Shown here: piece after piece, positions 4,577-13,406 of the stretch | How the letters are laid out: each line of letters starts with the position of its first letter | How positions within the stretch are numbered: position 1 is the first letter of the stretch | Assembly: GCA_002793435.1 (NCBI GenBank) | Contig: PFQF01000031.1 | Coordinates: forward strand, 1 to 44,690 | Direction: 5' to 3' | Length of the DNA stretch: 44,690 nt | Source: Candidatus Berkelbacteria bacterium CG_4_10_14_0_2_um_filter_35_9_33_12 | GTDB taxonomy: Bacteria; Patescibacteriota; UBA1384; GWA2-35-9 | The notes under the pieces: model-generated | What the model saw: the letters and a program-made list of their open reading frames with translations, nothing else | Database searches by the model: none | What the model was told of the DNA's origin: nothing | Position numbers and translations under genes: made by a program

Positions 4577-5386
4577 TTGAAAACCCGTATGGTTTTTTTT
4601 CTATTTTCGATTTTTATTTATATTTTTTCTAATAAATCTTATGCTAATAAATGGAAAGATCTTGGCTCGATGGTTTTGGCGAGTCAAATGAAAAAAAATA
4701 ATAATAAAGAAAAAGATAAAAAAAGTTATGAATTGACTAAAAAGTTAAACGAAGGCTCGTTCGATCTTCAATACTCTAACTTTCAAAAAGATGATAAGAA
4801 GAGGGTCTATCTCAAAAGAATTGATTTTTCGGGAAATTTTTGGGGCGATGTCGTTCAAGATAGCTCCCGCTACTTAATTGAAAAATCATTGGTAAATTTG
4901 GGCTTCAAAACAGTCCAAAATGTTAACGAAATTCGGCAAGAAACTGCCGAAAGAGATGAAATGAGAAATAATAATGAAGTAAACCAATCGACTCTACCCG
5001 CTTCCAAAACAATCGAACGGGAAGATTATGAACTTTTTTGTACCATTTATTCATTAAAAACCCGTAAAGATTTTGAGCTTTTTGCTCTTTATAAATTCTC
5101 CTTGTGGGGAATTTATGGTTTAGATATTGAAAAATCCCGATCAACGATCGGTATTGTTTTCAAGTTTGTAGACAATACTACTCAAACTTCAGAATATATT
5201 GTCCGATCGGTCGGACAGACTGAATCCATCGATGAATTAGAAGTCGGTGGGCTCGGAATTTATTATCAAAAAAATGAAAACAAAGACGAAGTGATCGAAT
5301 TTTCAAGCTTTGTTAAAGCATTGAATAATTTCGAAAAATATTTCAATAATCTTGGCGAGAGAAAAAAAGACAAAAAAAACAAGTAA
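4577..5386 (+). CDS. hypothetical secreted, Lys-rich protein
   Basis: Track ORF starts at GTG 4568, inside the SD. I prefer the TTG at 4577, 8 nt after AGGAGG. The N terminus (M)KTRMVFFLFSIFIYIFSNKSYA looks like a signal peptide. Confidence 0.55.
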   Translation: MKTRMVFFLFSIFIYIFSNKSYANKWKDLGSMVLASQMKKNNNKEKDKKSYELTKKLNEGSFDLQYSNFQKDDKKRVYLKRIDFSGNFWGDVVQDSSRYLIEKSLVNLGFKTVQNVNEIRQETAERDEMRNNNEVNQSTLPASKTIEREDYELFCTIYSLKTRKDFELFALYKFSLWGIYGLDIEKSRSTIGIVFKFVDNTTQTSEYIVRSVGQTESIDELEVGGLGIYYQKNENKDEVIEFSSFVKALNNFEKYFNNLGERKKDKKNK

Positions 5387-5441
5387 TCCTAAAATTCTAA
5401 AAAATTTTTATCTTTGATATTATATTTTTAATCTATACTTA

Positions 5442-5465
5442 TCCGCCGAAAGGCGGACTTTTTTT
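5442..5465 (+). terminator. rho-independent terminator
   Basis: tccgcc-gaaa-ggcgga hairpin followed by c plus T7. Confidence 0.75.
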
Positions 5466-5474
5466 ACTTAAACA

Positions 5475-6116
5475 CTAAATACTTCTCTTGTTTCTGAGTT
5501 CTTCTAGAAGATCCTGATATTTTTGACTGCCCGGCTCGAGCTGGATCGCTTTTGAAACCGCTTCTTTGGCTTTTTCATAATCCTCTAGACCGATATTGGC
5601 TAACGCTAAATTGTATAAGCGAGCTGAATTATTTTGTCCAAAATTGAGTGATTGAGTAAAAAAATCTTTGGCTTCAATAAATTTCTGATTTTCAAGCGCA
5701 ATAATACCCAAGCGATTATAAAGCTTCGGATCGGTTGAATTAATTTCTAAAAGTTCTCGGTATAATTCTTCCGCTAAAATTACACTCCCTCGTTGTAACA
5801 AATCATCTGCTTTTGCCATTTTATCTTCATAACTAATCTCTTTGTCAGCTAAAACTTCATCAACCACTTTTTTCTGTTGTTTAAAGTCTATTTCTTCTTC
5901 GACCTTTTCATCGCTCAAATTTATGACCTGTCTTTTTTTTGCTAATCTTTTTTCTTTTTGAAAAATGATATATTTTTTTATTTTGCCAAAAAGATTAAAA
6001 ATATTTTTCCAATTAAATCTCGAAGCTCCATCTGTCAACCAACCAGTTGGCAATTTTCGTGCCACAATGATAAAAACAATGGCAGCTGAAACTAAAATAA
6101 TAATATTGAGATACAT
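5475..6116 (-). CDS. TPR-repeat protein with an N-terminal TM anchor
   Basis: N-terminal hydrophobic helix. The C-terminal half has TPR-like repeats (AEELYRELL..., YNRLGIIALENQKFIEAKDFFTQSL, YNLALANIGLEDYEKAKEAVSKAIQL). Confidence 0.65.
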   Translation of the reverse strand: MYLNIIILVSAAIVFIIVARKLPTGWLTDGASRFNWKNIFNLFGKIKKYIIFQKEKRLAKKRQVINLSDEKVEEEIDFKQQKKVVDEVLADKEISYEDKMAKADDLLQRGSVILAEELYRELLEINSTDPKLYNRLGIIALENQKFIEAKDFFTQSLNFGQNNSARLYNLALANIGLEDYEKAKEAVSKAIQLEPGSQKYQDLLEELRNKRSI

Positions 6117-6119
6117 AGC

Positions 6120-6779
6120 TTAATTTAAACTTAATAATAAATTATCAAGTAGAATTCTTTTGTTGACATTGGCACTAATCAATCTTTTTTTTGCTTCCAA
6201 AAGTTTAGCTAACCAAATATATTTTTCTTCCCCTACATTATTGTTAGCACTTATAATCCAGTTGTCAACTATAGAAATTAAATCGTCCCTTTTTGAAAGT
6301 TTAAAGGCTAAGTCAAGTTGATTTTTGAGAGATAAATTAGTTATTTTTTCCCAATCTCCAAATTCGCCAAAGTTGATTAAGTTGATTTGTTTTAAATTAT
6401 CGACTGAATAGAACTGACAACGGGATCGAATGGTGGCTAAAACTTGTTTTCTGTCCGAGCAAATCAAGATAAGTTTCAAATACTCAGGCGGTTCTTCTAA
6501 CAATTTTAAAAAAGCGTGAGAAGCGGGGAGTGACAATTTTTCATAATCTATAATTGCCAATTTCCTTTTCCCAGATGGGTAAATCTGTGCCCATTTTTCA
6601 AGCCCTCGAATATCTTTGATCGTAATATTTCTCTCGGTTATTTCAAAACCATCCCCAATCGCCAATTTTGTTTCGAGCTTTATCTTGTCAATTATTTCAC
6701 TACTTCCCTGCTTTGATTCAACTAAAAAAGAATGAAAATCATTTTTAGTTATTTTAATTATAACTTGATCCAAAACCAT
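6120..6779 (-). CDS. holB: DNA polymerase III delta-prime-like clamp-loader subunit (short form, degenerate P-loop)
   Basis: KLAIIDYEKLSLPASHAFLKLLEEPPEYLKLILICSDRKQVLATIRSRCQ matches the delta-prime/gamma box VII and SRC region. Confidence 0.7.
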   Translation of the reverse strand: MVLDQVIIKITKNDFHSFLVESKQGSSEIIDKIKLETKLAIGDGFEITERNITIKDIRGLEKWAQIYPSGKRKLAIIDYEKLSLPASHAFLKLLEEPPEYLKLILICSDRKQVLATIRSRCQFYSVDNLKQINLINFGEFGDWEKITNLSLKNQLDLAFKLSKRDDLISIVDNWIISANNNVGEEKYIWLAKLLEAKKRLISANVNKRILLDNLLLSLN

Positions 6780-6911
6780 ATTAATTATTGTAGTATCAAT
6801 AATGTGAATTAAGCAAGTTTAATCATTAAACAAAATCCCCAATTCAAGCATTGCGCACAGCGTAGGTGAGCAACGGTTGTTTTTTTATAAAAATTATGCA
6901 ATTATATAAAT

Positions 6912-7214
6912 ATGGAAGATAAAATAATCCAATGTAGAGATTGTAATAACGACTTTGTTTTTACCGGTGGAGAACAGGAATTCTATAATTCAAAAGGATT
7001 TTCAGCTCCAATGCGCTGTAAAGATTGTCGCCAAAAAAACAAACAATCCAGCAATACAGGTAGAGAAAAAAAAGATAATGTTTTTAGCGAAATTACTTGT
7101 CGAGAGTGCAAGAAAACCGACCGAGTGCCTTTTGCAATCACAGGCAAAGGTGATGATCTACTGTGTAGTGATTGCTGGAAAAAACAGCGAGAAACGACTA
7201 GTGACGAAAAGTAA
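6912..7214 (+). CDS. zinc-ribbon domain protein (two CxxC...CxxC units)
   Basis: CRDCNNDFVFTGGEQEFYNSKGFSAPMRCKDCRQ, then CRECKK...CSDCWKK. Confidence 0.65.
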   Translation: MEDKIIQCRDCNNDFVFTGGEQEFYNSKGFSAPMRCKDCRQKNKQSSNTGREKKDNVFSEITCRECKKTDRVPFAITGKGDDLLCSDCWKKQRETTSDEK

Positions 7215-7233
7215 AAAAGATCGATAAAAACAG

Positions 7234-7440
7234 TTAAGTTCTTTTAGTTTTTTTTGTTTGGCTTTTATAGCACTTAGCACAAATGCCTTGATGTTTTTTT
7301 TTCATAAAATCAAGGCTGACTACAATGTTTGGGTGGAATTTTCTTTTGGTCTTTTTTTGTGAATGTGATACATTATGACCAGTAACAGTTTGCTTACCGC
7401 AAACCAAACAACTTCTGCTTTTTTGATAAGTTTTTATCAT
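7234..7440 (-). CDS. rpmB: 50S ribosomal protein L28
   Basis: CLVCGKQTVTGHNVSHSQKKTKRKFHPNI matches the conserved L28 core. Confidence 0.85.
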   Translation of the reverse strand: MIKTYQKSRSCLVCGKQTVTGHNVSHSQKKTKRKFHPNIVVSLDFMKKKHQGICAKCYKSQTKKTKRT

Positions 7441-7510
7441 TTGAACAATAAATTAATTCTTTAATCTCTAACGCTTTAGTATTTTACAATAATTATTAAC
7501 ACATATCAAG

Positions 7511-8131
7511 ATGCTACTATCACTTTTTCAAAATCCGACCGTTGCGCTCAGTTTTATTATTGCTCTTTTAATTGGTTTAACAATCCATGAAGCTTCTCAT
7601 GCTATTACAGCTAATAGGTTGGGCGACGATACGGCGAAATTAATGGGCAGAACTAGTTTAAATCCGCTCGTTCACCTTGATTTACTCGGCACACTTTTTC
7701 TTTTTATGGTTGGCTTTGGATGGGGCAAGCCGGTTTTAGTCAATCCAAATAAATTTAAATATCCAATCCGGGACGAAATTATAGTTTCGTTGGCTGGACC
7801 AATTTCAAATATTGTTATTGCTTTAATTTTTAGCTTGGTTTTACGCTTCTTTAATGAATATCTTTCTGTTCCGCTTAATCTATTATTATCAATTATTATC
7901 GTCATCAATCTTCGTTTAGCCATTTTCAACCTTCTCCCGCTTCCTCCGTTAGACGGTTCAAAAATTTTACAAATATTCATCCCCTACAATCGCTACTCTC
8001 AAATCCAGCCATACGGAACAATGTTGATTTTTTTAATCTTTATTTTCGGCGGGACGATTTTTTACTCTATAATTACTTTTCCGGCTGATTTTCTCTTTAA
8101 ACTTTTTGTCGGTGCTCCGTCACTCTTTTAA
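7511..8131 (+). CDS. site-2 protease family (M50) membrane metalloprotease
   Basis: HEASHA (HExxH) lies in a TM helix. The protein is multi-pass hydrophobic, with a downstream LPLPPLDGSK motif. Confidence 0.8.
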   Translation: MLLSLFQNPTVALSFIIALLIGLTIHEASHAITANRLGDDTAKLMGRTSLNPLVHLDLLGTLFLFMVGFGWGKPVLVNPNKFKYPIRDEIIVSLAGPISNIVIALIFSLVLRFFNEYLSVPLNLLLSIIIVINLRLAIFNLLPLPPLDGSKILQIFIPYNRYSQIQPYGTMLIFLIFIFGGTIFYSIITFPADFLFKLFVGAPSLF

Positions 8132-8211
8132 AATTTGAGTCATTTGAAAAATAAGGTAAAATATAGAGAGTAGTTACTGAACTGGTTATGTTTTAATAAT
8201 AAAAAATCAAA

Positions 8212-10491
8212 ATGTCATTATCGCTTCGCTATATCAGGGTTACCAATTCAACCAAACTCAAAGACGAATTTCTAACTGCTCAAGTTTATAAATTAGATGA
8301 TAATACACCCAATCATTATTTATTTAACTTGGTGGAAATTAAACGCCCCTGGCTCAGAGCGTCCCAAATTGGTCAAGTAATAATTAATAATTTTCAGCGA
8401 TCTTATATCAGGGGGAAAAATGATAATCAATTGACCAATTTTGAAGATTCTCTTAAAGAAACTAACCAAACTCTAAATAAAATTTATAATTCTGGCGAAA
8501 CAGATTGGGTGGGTAGATTGAGTGCTTCGATTTTGCTCTCGATTGAAAATAATATTCACTTCACTACTAGCGGTGAAACAAAAATTGTTCTTCATCGAAA
8601 TAGTACTATCTCAACTATTAATCAAGAAAAAATTAGTGCTAATTCACAGAAAATTTTTGGTGCTATTACTTCAGGTAAAATTCAAAAAGATGACTTGATT
8701 ATCATTGCCAATAAAAAACTTTTTGACGAATTAACACTTTCTCAAATATCTGAATCAATTAAAGGATTAAATTGTCTTCAAGCTACCGAAAATATTATCC
8801 GACAAATTAGAGCTTTAAACCGAAAATATGTTAATTTTATTATCATCGAAGTTGTCGATGAACTCAGCTCAGCTTCAAAAGAACAATTACCTAAAAATCA
8901 TTTTTATATCGATCAAGATGTTGAAAAAGTTCATAAAACAGTTTTGAAATATATCAAAAAAATTGGTAGTATTTTTGGAACTAAGATATACTTCTTTTCC
9001 AAAGGTCTTTGGCACAATTCTAAAGTTTTAGCTAAAGAAAAAATTGTGCCTTTTTATCAAAATAAAATTAAAAAATATTTTAAAACTATCCGTCTCTCTC
9101 TCATTAAAGGTAGTAGCAAAACTAGCGATTATCTTTCGAAATCGAGTGAAACTATTTCGAGTAAAATCGATAGTCGTATTAGCCACTATAAAGAATATAC
9201 TCCTAGTGAAAAGCCAAAACCTTCAATTTCATTTGGTAAAAATTTAGTTGGTAAAAATCTTTTTACTGTTTATGACTATCAAAATAAATCGGTTAGAAAA
9301 AGAATTCCAAAAATTACTAAAAATATTTATTTTGGCTTTTTAATGATCATAAAATATATTATTTTGTCAATTAGTTTTGTCTTTAAATTTTTATTTAACA
9401 CAAAAAATAAAAAATATTTAATTCTTCTTGGGATTATCTTTCTGGTTATAATATTATATTTTGGCGTCAGAATGCAAAAAAGTAGTCAGAAAATTAAAAC
9501 ATCCCGAACTGAACAACAAGAAATTTTAAATCAAGCTGAAAGTAAGTTAGAAGAAGCCAAAACTTCACTAGTTTTTAAAAAAAATGATGAGGCAGAAAAA
9601 CAGTTAGCTGAAGTCGTAATTTTATTAGCTAAAATTGATTCGCAATCTTCCCTTTATCCGTCTGCTCAACAGAGTCTCAAATCTGCTCAAGAAGAATATG
9701 ATAAACTCACTAATACAATTCGCAATGAAAGTCAGCCGGTAAATAATTATTCTATTTCAAAAATCACCAATATCGCCGGTCAAATCTATTTTATAACTAC
9801 AGATAAAAAATTGTTTAAGTATAATCAAACGCTTGAGTCAGATGAATTAACCAATTTAGCTGAGAGTGAAAATATTTTAGCGATTAGCTCAGATGAAGAA
9901 AAAAATATCATCTATATTTTATCCAATACCGGCACTAAACAATTTCCAATTGAAACCAAAATTGTCGCTCCCATAACTACTTTGTCGGATAAAGCATTTT
10001 CGTCAGGCAATTCCATGCAAGTATATATCGGAAATATATATATTTTAAATAATTTAGATAAACAAATTTATAAATATTCTAATAATAAAAACCGTTTTTC
10101 TGATCAACAAAATTATCTAAAAGATACATCTAGTCTTGAAAAAAGTATTGATTTTGCGATCGACGGTTTTGTTTATATACTTCTTTCAGATGGGAATATT
10201 ATTCGTTATTCTCGTGGCAATGAACAAAGTCTATCTTTCAAAAATATCCCTGCTCCTGATAATAGTATTGTCAATCCAATTTCAATTTTTACAACTGAAA
10301 ACGACAACGCTATTTATATCCTTGATAAACCTAAAAATTATCGGGTTCTATCCTTCACTAAAAACGGCGACTACCAAAAACAGATTATTGTTAAAGACTT
10401 TGGTCAACAAATTACCGATCTATTGGTAGATGAAAACAACAAAAAAATCTATCTTGCGTCAGACAAAGGACTCTATGCAATAACTTTCTAA
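8212..10491 (+). CDS. hypothetical membrane protein: N-terminal PP2C-like (apparently non-catalytic) domain, TM segments, coiled coil, C-terminal beta-propeller-like repeats
   Basis: 759-aa ORF with TM helices around aa 370-420. The N-terminal pattern resembles the PPM fold, but TSGETK replaces the GDSR-type metal site. The C terminus shows a repeated ...IYILD.../...IYLASD... strand pattern. Domain calls are tentative. Confidence 0.5.
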   Translation: MSLSLRYIRVTNSTKLKDEFLTAQVYKLDDNTPNHYLFNLVEIKRPWLRASQIGQVIINNFQRSYIRGKNDNQLTNFEDSLKETNQTLNKIYNSGETDWVGRLSASILLSIENNIHFTTSGETKIVLHRNSTISTINQEKISANSQKIFGAITSGKIQKDDLIIIANKKLFDELTLSQISESIKGLNCLQATENIIRQIRALNRKYVNFIIIEVVDELSSASKEQLPKNHFYIDQDVEKVHKTVLKYIKKIGSIFGTKIYFFSKGLWHNSKVLAKEKIVPFYQNKIKKYFKTIRLSLIKGSSKTSDYLSKSSETISSKIDSRISHYKEYTPSEKPKPSISFGKNLVGKNLFTVYDYQNKSVRKRIPKITKNIYFGFLMIIKYIILSISFVFKFLFNTKNKKYLILLGIIFLVIILYFGVRMQKSSQKIKTSRTEQQEILNQAESKLEEAKTSLVFKKNDEAEKQLAEVVILLAKIDSQSSLYPSAQQSLKSAQEEYDKLTNTIRNESQPVNNYSISKITNIAGQIYFITTDKKLFKYNQTLESDELTNLAESENILAISSDEEKNIIYILSNTGTKQFPIETKIVAPITTLSDKAFSSGNSMQVYIGNIYILNNLDKQIYKYSNNKNRFSDQQNYLKDTSSLEKSIDFAIDGFVYILLSDGNIIRYSRGNEQSLSFKNIPAPDNSIVNPISIFTTENDNAIYILDKPKNYRVLSFTKNGDYQKQIIVKDFGQQITDLLVDENNKKIYLASDKGLYAITF

Positions 10492-10498
10492 ATATTTA

Positions 10499-11824
10499 CT
10501 ACTGTAGCTCTACGCTTTCTTTTTCTTCGGGAATACTTAAGTTGACATAAGCATTTTCAATCAATCTGTTTTTTAAACCTTCCGATTCCATTTCTTCACC
10601 ATGGGTGATAAATATGTGTTTATTTTTATCACCATCATCAAGCCATCTAATAATTTGACGACTATCTGCGTGAGCCGAGTAACCGCCAATCGCTTTAACT
10701 CGGCAACGAACCGGATATCTTTCACCATTAATCTTAACCGTTTTTATTCCATCATATATACTTCTGCCTAGCGTTCCTTGAGCTTGATAACCGATAAAAA
10801 GTATCATATTTTTTTTGTCACTAATATACCTTTTGGCGTGATGAACAATTCTACCCCCATCCATCATACCAGCTCCGGCGATAATAACTTTTGCGCCTTG
10901 AACATTATTGATTGATTTTGATTCTTCAGTAGTCATAGTCTCTTTGAGAGTCGGAAATTTGAAAATATCACCATCTTTTAATTTAGAATCTAGGGCTGAA
11001 GTATTCCAATATTTTGAAAATTGTTTATATACTTTTGTAACATTAATTGCCATTGGGCTATCTAAAAAATATGGCACTTTAGGTAATTTATGCTGATCAA
11101 AAATTGTATCCATTTGATAAAGCAATTCCTGAGTTCTCTCAATGGCAAATGACGGAATTAAAACCGTACCATTGAAAGAAATTGTTTCCGTAATATTTTT
11201 TATCAATTTATTTGTTTTTTCAATCGCTTTTTCATGAATCCTCGACCCATATGTAGATTCGCAAACAACAAAATTTGCTTGCGGAATTTTAGTAGTTTCG
11301 TTTAAAAGTGGGTTAGGACAGTTGCCTAAATCTCCTGAAAAGATAATACTTTTCTGTTCCCATTCAACTTTAACAAAACTCGATCCAAGTATATGCCCAG
11401 CATCATAAAATGTGACGCTAAAATCTTGAGTAATGCTAATTTTCTGATTATATCCTACCACTTGTGTCTGCTCAAAAATTTGTAAAACATCTTTTTCTTG
11501 ATGGGTAGGCTCCCTCATCAATCCGAGAGCATCCTCTAAAACAATTTTAGCCAATTGTTCCGTCACTTCTGTCATATATATTTTTCCATTAAATCCATCA
11601 GCTATCATTTTTGGCAATCTCCCGATATGATCAAGATGAGCGTGAGTAATAATAACGGCATTGATACTACTTGGATCATAATCAAAATTTTGGATATTCC
11701 TTGCCTCACTCTTTCTTCCACCCTGGAAATAGCCACAATCAACTACAATTTTTGAATCGTTTTGTTCTAACAAGTAATTAGAACCAGTTACTTCTTTAGT
11801 TGCTCCAAAAAATGATAATTTCAT
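10499..11824 (-). CDS. MBL-fold beta-CASP RNA-metabolising hydrolase (RNase J / CPSF-like)
   Basis: HAHLDHIG motif 2 and the beta-CASP layout, with the terminal H motif in ITHGE. Confidence 0.8.
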   Translation of the reverse strand: MKLSFFGATKEVTGSNYLLEQNDSKIVVDCGYFQGGRKSEARNIQNFDYDPSSINAVIITHAHLDHIGRLPKMIADGFNGKIYMTEVTEQLAKIVLEDALGLMREPTHQEKDVLQIFEQTQVVGYNQKISITQDFSVTFYDAGHILGSSFVKVEWEQKSIIFSGDLGNCPNPLLNETTKIPQANFVVCESTYGSRIHEKAIEKTNKLIKNITETISFNGTVLIPSFAIERTQELLYQMDTIFDQHKLPKVPYFLDSPMAINVTKVYKQFSKYWNTSALDSKLKDGDIFKFPTLKETMTTEESKSINNVQGAKVIIAGAGMMDGGRIVHHAKRYISDKKNMILFIGYQAQGTLGRSIYDGIKTVKINGERYPVRCRVKAIGGYSAHADSRQIIRWLDDGDKNKHIFITHGEEMESEGLKNRLIENAYVNLSIPEEKESVELQ

Positions 11825-11832
11825 AATAGTTT

Positions 11833-13353
11833 TTACATTTTTTCTGGATTGTTAATCCCTAATAATTTAAAAGCTGTTTCATATATATTGATAATCGAAT
11901 TAACTAACGCTAATTTTTCCTGTTCATTTTCCGAGCCAACAATTTTTTCTTTTTCGTAATAAATATGTACTTCTTTAGTAAAGTAGTAGAGATATTTTAT
12001 CAGGTCTGTTACTCGATAGGTAAAACTGACATTAGCGATCGTTTCTCTAAATCCAATTATGACTCGTGCTAGATTTTTTTCATTTTCGCCGAGATCTTTT
12101 AATTCAATAATTTTTTGTAATTTAATTTTTTTTCGGATTTTTTTATATCTAACTAATCCATATTGTGCATAATAAACTGGATTTTTTGAAGATTTTTCTC
12201 GAGCTTTAGCAATATCAAAAATAATCTCTTTGTTTGGATCATAACTTAATATTATATACTTAGCGACATCGCTACTGACTAAATCGGAAAATTGATCTAG
12301 GGTTATTATTTTTCCCGCTCGTTTGGATACTTTTATTGGTTGGTTGTTCTCCACCACTTTAACTAGTTGGAATAGATTAACTACGATATTTTTTTCTGGA
12401 TAATTGAAAGCTTTAGCCACAGCTTTAATTCGATTTATGTAACCGTGATGATCAGCTCCCCAATAGAAAATTATTCTTTCATAACCTCGATCGATTTTAT
12501 CTTTTAGATAAGCAATATCGGAAGCAAAGTAGGTATTTACTTTATTTTTCTTTATAATGACCCGATCTTTTTCGTCACCTAGTTCTGAAGTTCTCATCCA
12601 AAGAGCACCGTTTTTCGTATAGACTAAACCTTTTGTTTTTAATAATTTAAATGCTTCTTCAACTTTTTCTGGATAAAGAGTACTTTCCTTAAACCAAATA
12701 TCAAATTTGAGATTATTTTTTTCTAAACTTGGACGAATATATTTTTTAACTATATAATCTGATAAATCAATAATTGATATATTTTTATCTTTGATATCTT
12801 GCTTTATTTCTGTTAAATATTCACCTTGATATTGATCTGATTCGCCAATAATTGACTTTTTTAATTCTTTAATTTGATTGCCATAATCGTTAATGTAATA
12901 TTCTCGATCAACTTTATGACCAACTATTTTTAAAATATTCGCCATAGCGCAACCTTGATAACCACCTCTAGCATTGCCAATTGAAAGTGGACCGGTTGGG
13001 TTAGCGCTAACAAATTCGCAATTGATTTTTTCTACTTTTATTGTCTTCAGATCAGCTTTTAATTTTTTTATCTCAGAATAACGATTTAGAGTATCAAGAT
13101 ATACTTTTTCTTTAAGAAAAATATTTATATATCCTGATAACACCTCTACTTTTTTGACAAAATTAAGCTTAATCAAAACTTCAACAATTTTTTCAACCGC
13201 TTGTTTGTCCTTGATAATTAAACCAAGATTAAGACTATAATCACCAAATTTTGGGTTATCTAAATTAAATCGAACTAAATATTTATCTTTGAATTGAGAT
13301 AAATTTAATTTGGTTAAATTTTCATCAATTATTTTTATAATTTGATTTTTCAT
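11833..13353 (-). CDS. argS: arginine--tRNA ligase
   Basis: SANPTGPLSIGNARGG (HIGH-region equivalent), ADHHGY, and VSKRAGKIITL (KMSK equivalent). Confidence 0.9.
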   Translation of the reverse strand: MKNQIIKIIDENLTKLNLSQFKDKYLVRFNLDNPKFGDYSLNLGLIIKDKQAVEKIVEVLIKLNFVKKVEVLSGYINIFLKEKVYLDTLNRYSEIKKLKADLKTIKVEKINCEFVSANPTGPLSIGNARGGYQGCAMANILKIVGHKVDREYYINDYGNQIKELKKSIIGESDQYQGEYLTEIKQDIKDKNISIIDLSDYIVKKYIRPSLEKNNLKFDIWFKESTLYPEKVEEAFKLLKTKGLVYTKNGALWMRTSELGDEKDRVIIKKNKVNTYFASDIAYLKDKIDRGYERIIFYWGADHHGYINRIKAVAKAFNYPEKNIVVNLFQLVKVVENNQPIKVSKRAGKIITLDQFSDLVSSDVAKYIILSYDPNKEIIFDIAKAREKSSKNPVYYAQYGLVRYKKIRKKIKLQKIIELKDLGENEKNLARVIIGFRETIANVSFTYRVTDLIKYLYYFTKEVHIYYEKEKIVGSENEQEKLALVNSIINIYETAFKLLGINNPEKM

Positions 13354-13406
13354 AATTATCGTAAAGCTTGTTTATATCTTAGTAAGTTTCTGCTACAATG
13401 TAAAGT

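Noticed and set aside
4923-10429. Assorted short antisense or nested track ORFs (4923-5144, 6955-7227, 7672-7980, 9044-9247, 10136-10429; likewise 10908-11096, 11555-11755, 13557-13742, 16342-16563, 17477-17674, 23593-23865, 26318-26542, 28079-28282, 28552-28737, 32273-32482, 33331-33609, 35795-36013, 42567-43811)
   Set aside because: All lie inside, and mostly antisense to, longer ORFs with clear family motifs. They have no independent SD or motif support.
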